DNA of 64,000 nucleotides from Terriglobia bacterium (GTDB lineage Bacteria; Acidobacteriota; Terriglobia; UBA7540): NCBI GenBank assembly GCA_050745365.1, contig JBOGJS010000130.1, positions 4,857 to 68,856 of the forward strand, read 5' to 3'. Shown piece by piece: positions 56,113 to 64,000 of this stretch (position 1 is its first letter; each line of letters starts with the position of its first letter). The notes under the pieces were generated by a model. It saw only the letters and a program-made list of their open reading frames with translations, ran no database searches and was not told where the DNA came from. The position numbers and the translations under genes were made by a program.

Positions 56113-57309
56113 ATGTATCCCTTTGGGCCTCCGATCACCCGCAGCACCTTTTTGTTTCATGTCCGACCTCGAATCGCCCTAGCCGGCAGGCGGTGGCCCA
56201 GCTTCCGCCTCTACGGCGTTACGGGCTTCTTGCTGGCAGTCGTCGAAGCAATTATCCTAACGAAGCATCTGAGCCTTCCTTATCTAGTCCTTGCAGGAAT
56301 CGTTGGGACAACTATTCTTACATTTCTCGCGCTTGCCATCGTGACCAAGATTCTAGTGGGGCGAGAGCAACTCACCTACTATCATCATGAGTTTTCCGTT
56401 CTAGTCATAGCGGTACTTTTCCTTTGGCTGAGCAAGCAGCCGGTGCTTTCCTACCTCGATGTCATTATTCTTGGCCTCGGCCTGTTTCTTGTCTGCGGAC
56501 GGCTCGGCTGTCTCTCCGTCGGCTGCTGTCATGGCCGCCCCTGGCGCTGGGGCACCACCTACAGTGAAGAGCATGCTAGAGAAGGGTTTCCATCTCATCT
56601 CATCGGTGTGCGGCTCTTTCCCGTGCAGGCGATCGAGTCCCTTGCCGGGCTATTGATTGTCATCGCAGGAGTCGCCATTTTGATGCGACGCGCTGCGCCA
56701 GGCAGCGCGCTGGCTTGGTATGTAGTGAGCTACGGAATTGTGCGCTTCTGCCTGGAGTTCATGCGCGGAGATGCCGAGCGGCCTTATTGGCTTGGCTTTT
56801 CCGAGGCCCAATGGACTTCACTGTTTCTAATGGCCTCGATCGTCTGGGCGGAATGCGCAAAGGTACTGCCTTTTGAGCTTTGGCACTTCCAAGCCACTGT
56901 AGGTCTTGCGGCGGCGATGATCGTCGTCGTGCTCATCAGGAATTTTCGCAAAACGCCGAAGCACCAACTCCTTCATCCTCGTCACATCAGGGAAGTTTCG
57001 GAGGCGGTTTCCCTCATTACTCGATTCTCGCCCAAGAGGCCGAACTACTCTGGCAGCCATTCCATGATTCACATCGCGCACACGTCACTTGGGATCCGCA
57101 TTTCTACCGGCGTTGTCGAGCGCGGCGCTACACGGGTTCGCCACTATACACTATCCAGCGAGAAGAACCCTTTGACAACCCAGGCCGCCAGATGTCTTGC
57201 CCAACTGATATTGCGGTTGCGCTGCGCCAACGGATCGGCTGAAGTGCTTCAGGGAGGCCAAGGAGTGTTTCATGTTCTCATCGCGGACGGAGCCGGCGAC
57301 CAAGGGTAA
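56113..57309 (+). CDS. prolipoprotein diacylglyceryl transferase (Lgt)-family membrane protein with ~130-aa C-terminal extension
   Basis: CGRLGCLSVGCCHGRPWRWG, FPVQAIESLAG and YGIVRFCLEFMRGD match Lgt-family motifs; 7-8 TM helices. Confidence 0.65.
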   Translation: MYPFGPPITRSTFLFHVRPRIALAGRRWPSFRLYGVTGFLLAVVEAIILTKHLSLPYLVLAGIVGTTILTFLALAIVTKILVGREQLTYYHHEFSVLVIAVLFLWLSKQPVLSYLDVIILGLGLFLVCGRLGCLSVGCCHGRPWRWGTTYSEEHAREGFPSHLIGVRLFPVQAIESLAGLLIVIAGVAILMRRAAPGSALAWYVVSYGIVRFCLEFMRGDAERPYWLGFSEAQWTSLFLMASIVWAECAKVLPFELWHFQATVGLAAAMIVVVLIRNFRKTPKHQLLHPRHIREVSEAVSLITRFSPKRPNYSGSHSMIHIAHTSLGIRISTGVVERGATRVRHYTLSSEKNPLTTQAARCLAQLILRLRCANGSAEVLQGGQGVFHVLIADGAGDQG

Positions 57310-57406
57310 GAGGATCAAAAGCGACTGCCGGCTGGCGATGGGCTGAACGAAGCAGCGTCAAACTATACTCTCATTGAATATCTTCCGGGTGGAGTACAGG
57401 GGAAGA

Positions 57407-58030
57407 ATGATCTCTCACGAGCACCGCTGTATCTTCGTTCATGTCCCGAGAACCGGCGGAACGAGCATTGAAGACGTAATCTGGCCCGGGGACAGGAGCG
57501 AGGCGCAGTTGTGGATGGGCTGTGTGTCCAGGTATCACAACAAGTACCAAACGGGTGGCTTACAGCACCTTCTGGCCAGGCAGATCAGGCAGGAGGTAGG
57601 GGCCTCAGTCTTCGACGACTACTTTAAGTTTGCCTTCGTGAGAAATCCCTGGGATAAAGCGGTGTCGCAGTTCTCCTACATGGCCCAGCGCCCCGACCTC
57701 CGCGAATTGATAGGCATGGCGGCCGACGTGACATTCGCGGAGTATTTACGAGCGATCCAGCTTCATCTGCATGTCCAGTGGGAACGCCAGGTGGAGTTCT
57801 TGCGAGATGAAAACGGAGAATGCATGGTTGATTTCGTCGGACGGTTTGAAAGCATCCGGCAGGATGCCCGATTCATCTTCGAGCAGATCGGCGTCTCTTG
57901 TGAAGAACTTCCTCGCGAAAATCCGTCCTGCCACCGGAACTATCGCGAGTACTTCGATGGCGAAACACGCGAAAGAGTTCGCCAGCTTTATGCGGAAGAC
58001 ATCGAGGTGTTTGGATATGAGTTCGGGTAA
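57407..58030 (+). CDS. sulfotransferase-family protein
   Basis: N-terminus HRCIFVHVPRTGGTSIE (PAPS-binding P-loop-like motif of the sulfotransferase family). The ATG at 57407 is preferred over the TTG at 57374. Confidence 0.6.
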   Translation: MISHEHRCIFVHVPRTGGTSIEDVIWPGDRSEAQLWMGCVSRYHNKYQTGGLQHLLARQIRQEVGASVFDDYFKFAFVRNPWDKAVSQFSYMAQRPDLRELIGMAADVTFAEYLRAIQLHLHVQWERQVEFLRDENGECMVDFVGRFESIRQDARFIFEQIGVSCEELPRENPSCHRNYREYFDGETRERVRQLYAEDIEVFGYEFG

Positions 58031-58100
58031 TGCTGAATTTGTGCGACTCGCCTTTGCCTTGGAAACACAGTGCGCGGCGATGCAGTCCTCACCTCCCCCA

Positions 58101-58529
58101 TCACGCCCGCAGGTGCAAGAATTCAACTCCTGGAAAAGCGAGAAAATCGCCGTCAAACGCCACCAACCGACAGCCACCCGCAGCTGCAAACGCGGCGAGG
58201 TAGGCGTCGGTCCATTTGCCGCCGCGTAAGTCAAGCCGGCCGGCCCATTGCCCAAGTAATTCGTCAAGCCCCGCGGGTTCATTGAGCACAGTGATTCGCG
58301 GCAGCGCCAGCCACGTCCGCAGCGCGTTCCAGGCTGCGGTTCCGTCTAGTGCTGCGCTGCCCAGAATCCTGGGACTGGTGAGGTGCCGCAGCAGCGCCAG
58401 CGCCGTCACACGGCAAAACGCAAGCTCCCCGCCGGCCTCATGGTCCCAGTAGCGCCGCGCTCGCGCGTAGTGCACGTGGTCGGGCGCGCTCAGCGGCAGC
58501 CAAACACTTGCATCAAGCAGATCGCGCAT
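58101..58529 (-). CDS. vapC: VapC-type PIN-domain toxin
   Basis: MRDLLDASVWL N-terminus and TDAYLAAFAAAGGCRLVAFDGDF C-terminus (PIN acidic residues). Overlaps the upstream antitoxin ORF. Confidence 0.75.
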   Translation of the reverse strand: MRDLLDASVWLPLSAPDHVHYARARRYWDHEAGGELAFCRVTALALLRHLTSPRILGSAALDGTAAWNALRTWLALPRITVLNEPAGLDELLGQWAGRLDLRGGKWTDAYLAAFAAAGGCRLVAFDGDFLAFPGVEFLHLRA

Positions 58530-58782
58530 GTTTCGCTTCGTCCTCCTCCTCTTCCATGCGCCTGATGTTGGCGCGCGGTATCGCCGGAATGGGCTTCCCA
58601 CTTGCCGGGATGATCACCGGCGGAGGACCAGATTGCTTGCGAATTCCGCCTTCCCCCGAAGAGGATCGGAGACCCTGCTCCACAAGCCGCCCTACGAGAG
58701 TGCTCAGCGAAACCCCGGTCAGGCCGGCGCGCGCCTTGAGCGTACGATAAAGATCCTCTGGAAGGTCAATCGTAGTTCGCAT
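58513..58782 (-). CDS. vapB: VapB-like antitoxin
   Basis: MRTTIDLPEDLYRTLKARAGLTGVSLSTLVGRLVEQGL: RHH/DUF2191-like antitoxin N-terminus. Confidence 0.7.
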   Translation of the reverse strand: MRTTIDLPEDLYRTLKARAGLTGVSLSTLVGRLVEQGLRSSSGEGGIRKQSGPPPVIIPASGKPIPAIPRANIRRMEEEEDEAKHARSA

Positions 58783-58899
58783 TTCCGAGTTTTAATGCAA
58801 CGGTGCGTTGATGTCAAGCGAGGCGGGGCGACGGGGGGCATCCGCCGGCATAATGCCACCCCTACTGCACACTTAGCATCTCCCCCTGCTTCTCTGTCG

Positions 58900-59143
58900 G
58901 CTCGGTTTAGCGGTTCGGATCGACTGGCCTTAGCCCACAGGTCTGGGAGCTCTCGGCGGTGAATGAGGGCCCACTCCTCGACGAGCCCCAAGGCCCTTGC
59001 AGGCAGGTCGCCAGCGATGACTCTCAGGCCTTCAATGCCAATTAGCGCTTCATGCTCACCGTACTCGGCATGGAAGTGGGCGGCCAGTGGTCGTCAAAGT
59101 ACATCCTGATAATAATGCCGTAGAAGCGGCTAACTTCCGGCAT
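58900..59143 (-). pseudogene. DUF4160-family gene, frameshifted
   Basis: ATG at 59143: MPEVSRFYGIIIRMYFDDH, then the frame breaks (reads WPPTSMPSTVSMKR*). The expected continuation HFHAEYGEHEALIGIEGLRVIAGDLPARALGLVEEWALIHRRELPDLW is present in another frame. Confidence 0.7.
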
Positions 59144-59420
59144 GGGTGGGTTCGCGCTTTAAGTTTGGGAAGAGTTGCTCGGGGGTCTTTCCAGTAAGCC
59201 TCATGTAGATGGCATCAGGGCACAGTTCGATTTCATTGCTCCACCGGATCTGCCGCCCTGGGCCAAGGTGAGCTTGCGCGAAGAATCCCTCATCTTGCCA
59301 CGCTTTGAAAACACCGTGACCTGCCAAATCGGACAAGTCCACCACGCCTTCGGCTCCGTCGGAAATTGCGACTTGGATTCGGCAGTTCGGCAATGCCCGA
59401 ACCGACGTCGGCTTAATCAT
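59130..59420 (-). CDS. DUF2442-family protein
   Basis: 96 aa; MIKPTSVRALPNCRIQVAISDGAEGVVDLSDL...IRWSNEIELCPDAIY matches the DUF2442 pattern. It is the usual partner of DUF4160. Confidence 0.65.
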   Translation of the reverse strand: MIKPTSVRALPNCRIQVAISDGAEGVVDLSDLAGHGVFKAWQDEGFFAQAHLGPGRQIRWSNEIELCPDAIYMRLTGKTPEQLFPNLKREPTHAGS

Positions 59421-59465
59421 CCTCTTGTATCTCCTTCAACCACAGCTTCGGTCAGGACGAGGATT

Positions 59466-60170
59466 TCAATAGCCTTGTCCTGCGTGAAGGCTTGCTGCGC
59501 GACTGGCCAGGGATCCGCAGAAGAATTCCGCCGCGCCCGGTTGCATCACCAGTGTTGTGAGCGCCGCCGGCACGGTGAGGAGCGGCAAAACAAAATCGAC
59601 AGAACCAGTTCGTATGGCTGCTTCCGGCATTCCGGATATGACTGCCGATTTTGGATCCTGCACGATGACGACGCCTCCGAGGCTTTGGAGGATCTGTACT
59701 CCACTCGCGCCGTCGCTCAGCGATCCGCTTAAAACGATTCCGACTGCTTCCGTCCCGAAGCTGAGGGCGGCTGAGGCGAGCAGGAGGTCACCGCTGGGCT
59801 GCCCATTGCGAACGCGCCCGCGCACCGAGACCACTACGATTTGCCGGCCGGAAACGAGCACATGATGGCCTGGCGGACCCACGAAGATGGTCTCAGGGAC
59901 AAGGCGTTGCCCATCCTCGGCCCAGCAAACCCGCATTTCAGTCCGCTTTTGCAGCACATTAACTAAACAGCTCGGGTACTCCGGCTGAAGGTGTTGAGCG
60001 ATGACGATCGGAATTGGGAATCCCGATGGCACTCCATCAACGAGCCTTAAGAGGGCTTCTATTCCCCCGGCCGAGCCGGTTACAACCACAAGCGAGAACC
60101 GGCGGCGCAAGGCGCTATGTACGCTTGGGAACATATAACTATCGTACTTGCAATCGCCTTTCATGTCCAC
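59466..60170 (-). CDS. stand-alone CheB-type methylesterase catalytic domain
   Basis: VVVTGSAGGIEAL (Ser), IVIAQHL (His), LSGSLSDGASG (Asp). No receiver domain and no other che genes nearby. The true start may be the internal Met at about 60134. Confidence 0.7.
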   Translation of the reverse strand: MDMKGDCKYDSYMFPSVHSALRRRFSLVVVTGSAGGIEALLRLVDGVPSGFPIPIVIAQHLQPEYPSCLVNVLQKRTEMRVCWAEDGQRLVPETIFVGPPGHHVLVSGRQIVVVSVRGRVRNGQPSGDLLLASAALSFGTEAVGIVLSGSLSDGASGVQILQSLGGVVIVQDPKSAVISGMPEAAIRTGSVDFVLPLLTVPAALTTLVMQPGAAEFFCGSLASRAASLHAGQGY

Positions 60171-60185
60171 CTCAGCACCCTCGTG

Positions 60186-60282
60186 ATGCCTCAGTTTCGG
60201 GCCCGTAGAGGCGACTTTATGCCGCCATTTCGGGCTGGCGGGGTAAACCCGCCGCTACGTCCGCGCCCGAAACTAAGGCATT
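60186..60282. repeat. structured repeat, copy C (inverted orientation of copy A)
   Basis: ATGCCTCAGTTTCGGGC ... GCCCGAAACTAAGGCAT. The interior is the reverse complement of copy A with only a few substitutions. Confidence 0.85.
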
Positions 60283-60364
60283 GCACACCATCGACGAATA
60301 CGGTTGCGGCACGGCAGAGGCGGACGGATAATCCAAATGGTTTCACTGCTCCAGGAGGCGCGCT

Positions 60365-61096
60365 ATGGCGAATGCTAAAAAGCGGAAGTACGGAAACGTG
60401 ATTCTGGATTCCATGCCAGACTCAGAATACCAGGCGTTCCTTGATCAGCTTGATCGTGTAGAAGTGGGAATCAGGCAGGTTGTACACGAACCAGGCCGCC
60501 CTGTGAACATCATCTATTTTCCTGTGACTGCCGTCTTCTCCACCGTCGCAGTGACCGACGACGGAGGTACTGTGGAAGTCGCAACCGTGGGGCGGGAAGG
60601 GCTCGCTGGTCTCTCCGCATTCTTAGGCAAGCCGCAGAACACCCTCACCGTTTTTTCGCAGATTCCAGGTACATGCTGGCAAGTCCCTGTGCCGCCATTC
60701 CGAAAGGCCTTGGAAGACGGGGGATGGCTCCACGAGACGTTGCATCACTACACGCAATGTTTGATGGTGCAGATGTCGCAGAGCGTCATCTGCAATGCGC
60801 GCCACACCGTTCTCGAGCGCTGCGCGCGCTGGCTACTGATGAGCGCAGACCGCGTCCAGAGCTCTGAGTTCCTGCTCACTCAGGAGTTTCTTGGACAAAT
60901 GCTGGCGGCGCGGCGCGGGAGCGTGAACGAGACGGCAACCACCTTCGAGAGCAAAGGCCTGATTGAGTACAGCAGGGGAAGAATAAAGATAGTCAACCGG
61001 AAGGGTCTTGAGGGCGTAAGCTGCGAGTGCTATGAGAGGATCGCCTCCGAGTACAAGAAATTCGCGAAGGATATCCGACACCTCAGAAAACGATGA
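60365..61096 (+). CDS. Crp/Fnr-family transcriptional regulator
   Basis: cNMP-binding-like N-terminal domain; C-terminal HTH RGSVNETATTFESKGLIEYSRGRIKIVN. Confidence 0.8.
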   Translation: MANAKKRKYGNVILDSMPDSEYQAFLDQLDRVEVGIRQVVHEPGRPVNIIYFPVTAVFSTVAVTDDGGTVEVATVGREGLAGLSAFLGKPQNTLTVFSQIPGTCWQVPVPPFRKALEDGGWLHETLHHYTQCLMVQMSQSVICNARHTVLERCARWLLMSADRVQSSEFLLTQEFLGQMLAARRGSVNETATTFESKGLIEYSRGRIKIVNRKGLEGVSCECYERIASEYKKFAKDIRHLRKR

Positions 61097-61152
61097 GCCG
61101 GGAATGGCGCAAGCGCACGCTCGAAGGAACGACGAATGAGAGGCCGAACCCT

Positions 61153-62445
61153 ATGCCTCGGCATCCGCAGGATGAAGCTCCCGCTCATCAGTGCGAGGAA
61201 GCTCAGGCTTCGCGGCGGACCTTCCTCAAGTCCGCACTACGCACGGGCAGCGCGCTTGCCGCTTTCTCGATTGCCCGCTCCGGCTGGAGCGCGAAACGCC
61301 GGTCTCGCTGGCGCAGCCACACCATCGCGAGAATTCCCGAAGGCTACCAGGTTGCCGTGGCGGATGTGAAGGGCGGGGGCCATCCCGACATTTTAGCCCT
61401 CAGCTCACGGGAGAACATCGTTGACTGGTACCAGAATCCCACGTGGCGTGCGCGGTCCGTGACGACTTCCACAGAGAACAACATCAGCTTGGCACCGTTG
61501 TTTCGCCGCGGGTATCCGGCGCAAGGGATGGCGCTAGCCAGCGGCTTCCATCTGAACCACCCTGAGCTGGGCGGAGACATCTGGTGGGCGCAGCCGAAGG
61601 CTTCGCTGGATGCTGAATGGTCTCTCACGCGGATTGGCCGAATTCCGGCATCGCATCGATTGCGCTGGGCGAATCTGTATGGCGACGGCCGGCTGGAACT
61701 GGTGGATGTGCCCATCGTGGGTGCTGGATCCAGGCCGCCCGATTACTCAGTTCCGGCGCCGATCACCTGGTTTCGGATGCCGAAGACACTTCCGACGGCC
61801 AGTACCGAGAGCGTTGCGCAGCAATCCAACAACTGGGTTCCGCATCTCATTGATCACTCGCTGAACATCGTTCACGGGGTTTTAGTCATGGATTGGAACG
61901 GAGATGGACGCGACGAAATCCTTACGGCAAGCACTCAGGGAGTGAACCTGTTCGAATCGAAAGGGCGGGGAGCAGGCCTTCAGTGGACCAAAACCCTTCT
62001 CAGCCCATGCGATCAGAGTTCCGACCGCTACCACGGCGCGAGCGAAATTGGCGTGGGAAAAGTTCAAGGGCACAGGTTTCTCTCGACGATTGAGCCGTGG
62101 CATGGAAACAAGGTGGTGGTTTATCCGCGCGGGGCGGGCGGATTCTCCGAGCGGCACGTGATTGACACGAGCTTCAACAACGGGCACGCCCTTGTCTGCG
62201 CCGACCTGGACGGCGACGGCAACGACGAAATTGTTGCTGGATACCGGGGGCCTGGAACTTCGCTGTTTATTTACCACAGCGCCGATGAGCGCGGGAGCAG
62301 GTGGGAGCGCGAAACACTCGACACGGACATGGCAGCTTCCTGTGTGGTGATTGCAGATATCAACGGAGACGGCCGTCCAGACATTGTTGCGGTGGGTTCA
62401 TCAACCGCCAACGTCAAGTGGTATGAAAACTTAGATATCGCGTGA
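61153..62445 (+). CDS. Tat-exported FG-GAP/VCBS-repeat protein
   Basis: Twin-arginine motif SRRTFLKSAL; repeats DWNGDGRDEILT, DLDGDGNDEIVAG, DINGDGRPDIVAVG. Confidence 0.8.
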   Translation: MPRHPQDEAPAHQCEEAQASRRTFLKSALRTGSALAAFSIARSGWSAKRRSRWRSHTIARIPEGYQVAVADVKGGGHPDILALSSRENIVDWYQNPTWRARSVTTSTENNISLAPLFRRGYPAQGMALASGFHLNHPELGGDIWWAQPKASLDAEWSLTRIGRIPASHRLRWANLYGDGRLELVDVPIVGAGSRPPDYSVPAPITWFRMPKTLPTASTESVAQQSNNWVPHLIDHSLNIVHGVLVMDWNGDGRDEILTASTQGVNLFESKGRGAGLQWTKTLLSPCDQSSDRYHGASEIGVGKVQGHRFLSTIEPWHGNKVVVYPRGAGGFSERHVIDTSFNNGHALVCADLDGDGNDEIVAGYRGPGTSLFIYHSADERGSRWERETLDTDMAASCVVIADINGDGRPDIVAVGSSTANVKWYENLDIA

Positions 62446-62516
62446 AGGCGACGATCTGACCGCATCCTGGTATAAGTCAATCTGCGATCGGTTACTGATC
62501 TGAAGGAGGCAGGCCC

Positions 62517-64000
62517 ATGTCCAAAGCGGTTCTTGCGCTTACGTTTGTGCTCAGCGTGGCGGGGTTCGCACCCGCCGAGCGGCTGCCGCATATCGCCGTC
62601 CCGGTTCAATATCAGCTTACTCTCACCCCAAATTTCGTTCATGACAACTACACCGGGAACGAGACCATCCAGGTGCGAGTCCTGAAGCCGACATCGAGCA
62701 TTACCTTGAACTCCCTGCAAATTCAGTTTCAGAAGATCAGCATTACCTCAAGCGGAAAGGCCCAGGAGGCAAAAGTGACTACCGACGCTGAGCGTGAGAT
62801 GGCGACGCTCACCGTCAGTCGGCCGCTCTCACCAGGCCCGGCAAAAATCCACATTCAGTTTACCGGGATCCTCAATAACGAGCTGCGCGGCTTTTATCTC
62901 GCCCGAGAGAACGGGCGCAAATACGCCCTCACCCAGTTCGAGCCCACGGACGCGCGGCGGGCCTTCCCTTGCTTCGACGAACCCGCGCTCAAAGCGACAT
63001 TTAACATTACGCTGATCATTCCCAAGGGCGACACCGCAATTTCGAACGGCAAAATCATCTCTGATACGCCGGGGCCGGGCGCTAGCGAGCATACAGTGCG
63101 GTTTGCCACCTCACCCAAGATATCCAGCTATCTTGTGGCCATGCTCGTGGGAGACTTCCAATGTCTCAGCGGAGGGGCGGATGGCATTCCCATCCGGGTT
63201 TGCGCGCCACCGAAGCAGGTGGCGCTCGGCCAGTTTGCGCTAGAAACGGCCGAGCAGGTTCTTCCATTCTATGAGCACTACTTCGGAGTCAAATACCAGT
63301 TCCATAAGCTTGACCTGATTGCCTGCCCTGATTTTGAGGCCGGGGCCATGGAAAACGCCGCGGCCATTACCTTCCGGGAGGCCGATCTGCTGCTGAATAC
63401 CCGTTTCGCATCCATCGCCACCCGGCAGCGCGTCGCCTACGTCGTAGCTCACGAAATGGCACACCAATGGTTCGGAGACTTGGTCACCATGGATTGGTGG
63501 AACGACATCTGGCTGAATGAGGGCTTTGCCACCTGGTTGGGTAAGAAGGCGGTTAACGCGCTCGATCCGACGTGGCGCACCGACGTTCAGGATGTGCTCT
63601 CCACCTACGGCGCACTGGCGCTTGATTCCATGGAAAGTACTCGTGCCATCCGCGCCCCACACGCGGAGACTCCCGCCCAGATCAATCAGCTCTTCGATGG
63701 CATTACCTATGACAAAACCGCTGCCATCCTCCGCATGATCGAGTTTTACGCAGGGGCGAAGGCCTGGGAGCGCGGCATCCATGCCTACCTTGAGAAGTAT
63801 GCCTGGTCAAACGCCTCCGCGCACGATTTCTGGAATACCGAAGCGGCAGCCACTCACAAGCCGATCAACCAGATCATGCCCACGTTCGTGATCCAGCCCG
63901 GCGCGCCGATGGTGAGTGTCCGTTTCCGATGTCAGAACGGTTCAACCCAGGTGACGCTCGAGCAGCGCCGGTATTTTCTCAACCGGCAGCGATTTCAAGC
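62517..64000 (+). CDS. M1-family aminopeptidase (aminopeptidase N-like), 5' part, runs off right edge
   Basis: Absent from the ORF track (no stop in window). ATG 62517 after GAAGGAGG. Signal-like N-terminus; FPCFDEP, GAMENAAAITFRE, HEMAHQWFGDLVTMDWWNDIWLNEGFA motifs read directly from the frame. Confidence 0.9.
   Translation, partial: MSKAVLALTFVLSVAGFAPAERLPHIAVPVQYQLTLTPNFVHDNYTGNETIQVRVLKPTSSITLNSLQIQFQKISITSSGKAQEAKVTTDAEREMATLTVSRPLSPGPAKIHIQFTGILNNELRGFYLARENGRKYALTQFEPTDARRAFPCFDEPALKATFNITLIIPKGDTAISNGKIISDTPGPGASEHTVRFATSPKISSYLVAMLVGDFQCLSGGADGIPIRVCAPPKQVALGQFALETAEQVLPFYEHYFGVKYQFHKLDLIACPDFEAGAMENAAAITFREADLLLNTRFASIATRQRVAYVVAHEMAHQWFGDLVTMDWWNDIWLNEGFATWLGKKAVNALDPTWRTDVQDVLSTYGALALDSMESTRAIRAPHAETPAQINQLFDGITYDKTAAILRMIEFYAGAKAWERGIHAYLEKYAWSNASAHDFWNTEAAATHKPINQIMPTFVIQPGAPMVSVRFRCQNGSTQVTLEQRRYFLNRQRFQ

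Noticed and set aside
60117-60401. 94-aa ORF (MPQFRARRGDFMPPFRAGGVNPPLRPRPKLRHC...) and the similar small ORFs over 4338-4435
   Set aside because: These are translations of the structured repeat copies, not genes.

Overview
GC-rich bacterial chromosomal window. The protein content and structured repeats suggest an Acidobacteriota-like soil organism, but this is an unverified impression. The left ~7.6 kb is housekeeping (bcp, gatB, rhomboid protease, ABC exporter) and ends at tRNA-Ala(GGC), 7576-7651. From there to ~60.3 kb almost everything looks accessory. (1) 8153-12612: a three-gene cluster in which a trypsin-like protease and a 748-aa GAF-containing protein share an N-terminal adaptor-like module. 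(2) A DPP-III-like zincin, a guanine deaminase and a nucleoside 2-deoxyribosyltransferase. (3) 16344-22615: a two-gene operon pairing a secretin-like outer-membrane protein with a patatin-like phospholipase split by about ten TM helices. (4) 22831-25408: a translationally coupled minus-strand operon with three DUF2589-like paralogs and a zinc-ribbon protein, next to a LuxR-type regulator and a sensor-less sigma-54 enhancer-binding protein. (5) 28897 to about 58030: a complete ~27-29 kb same-strand extracellular contractile injection system (eCIS) with four paralogous fibre-like genes and a 1150-aa DUF4157 putative cargo. (6) VapBC, DUF2442 with a frameshifted DUF4160, and an orphan CheB domain. 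The right edge returns to ordinary genes (Crp/Fnr, FG-GAP protein, M1 aminopeptidase). The most checkable novelties are: a candidate -1 programmed frameshift (G GGG GGG plus stem-loop) fusing the tail-chaperone ORF to a DUF6760-like ORF; a cargo-leader-only ORF between baseplate genes overlapped by a structured repeat; a three-copy double-hairpin repeat family; and a tandem palindromic operator between the sigma-54 activator and the eCIS. All family assignments come from motif recognition by eye. No searches were run.
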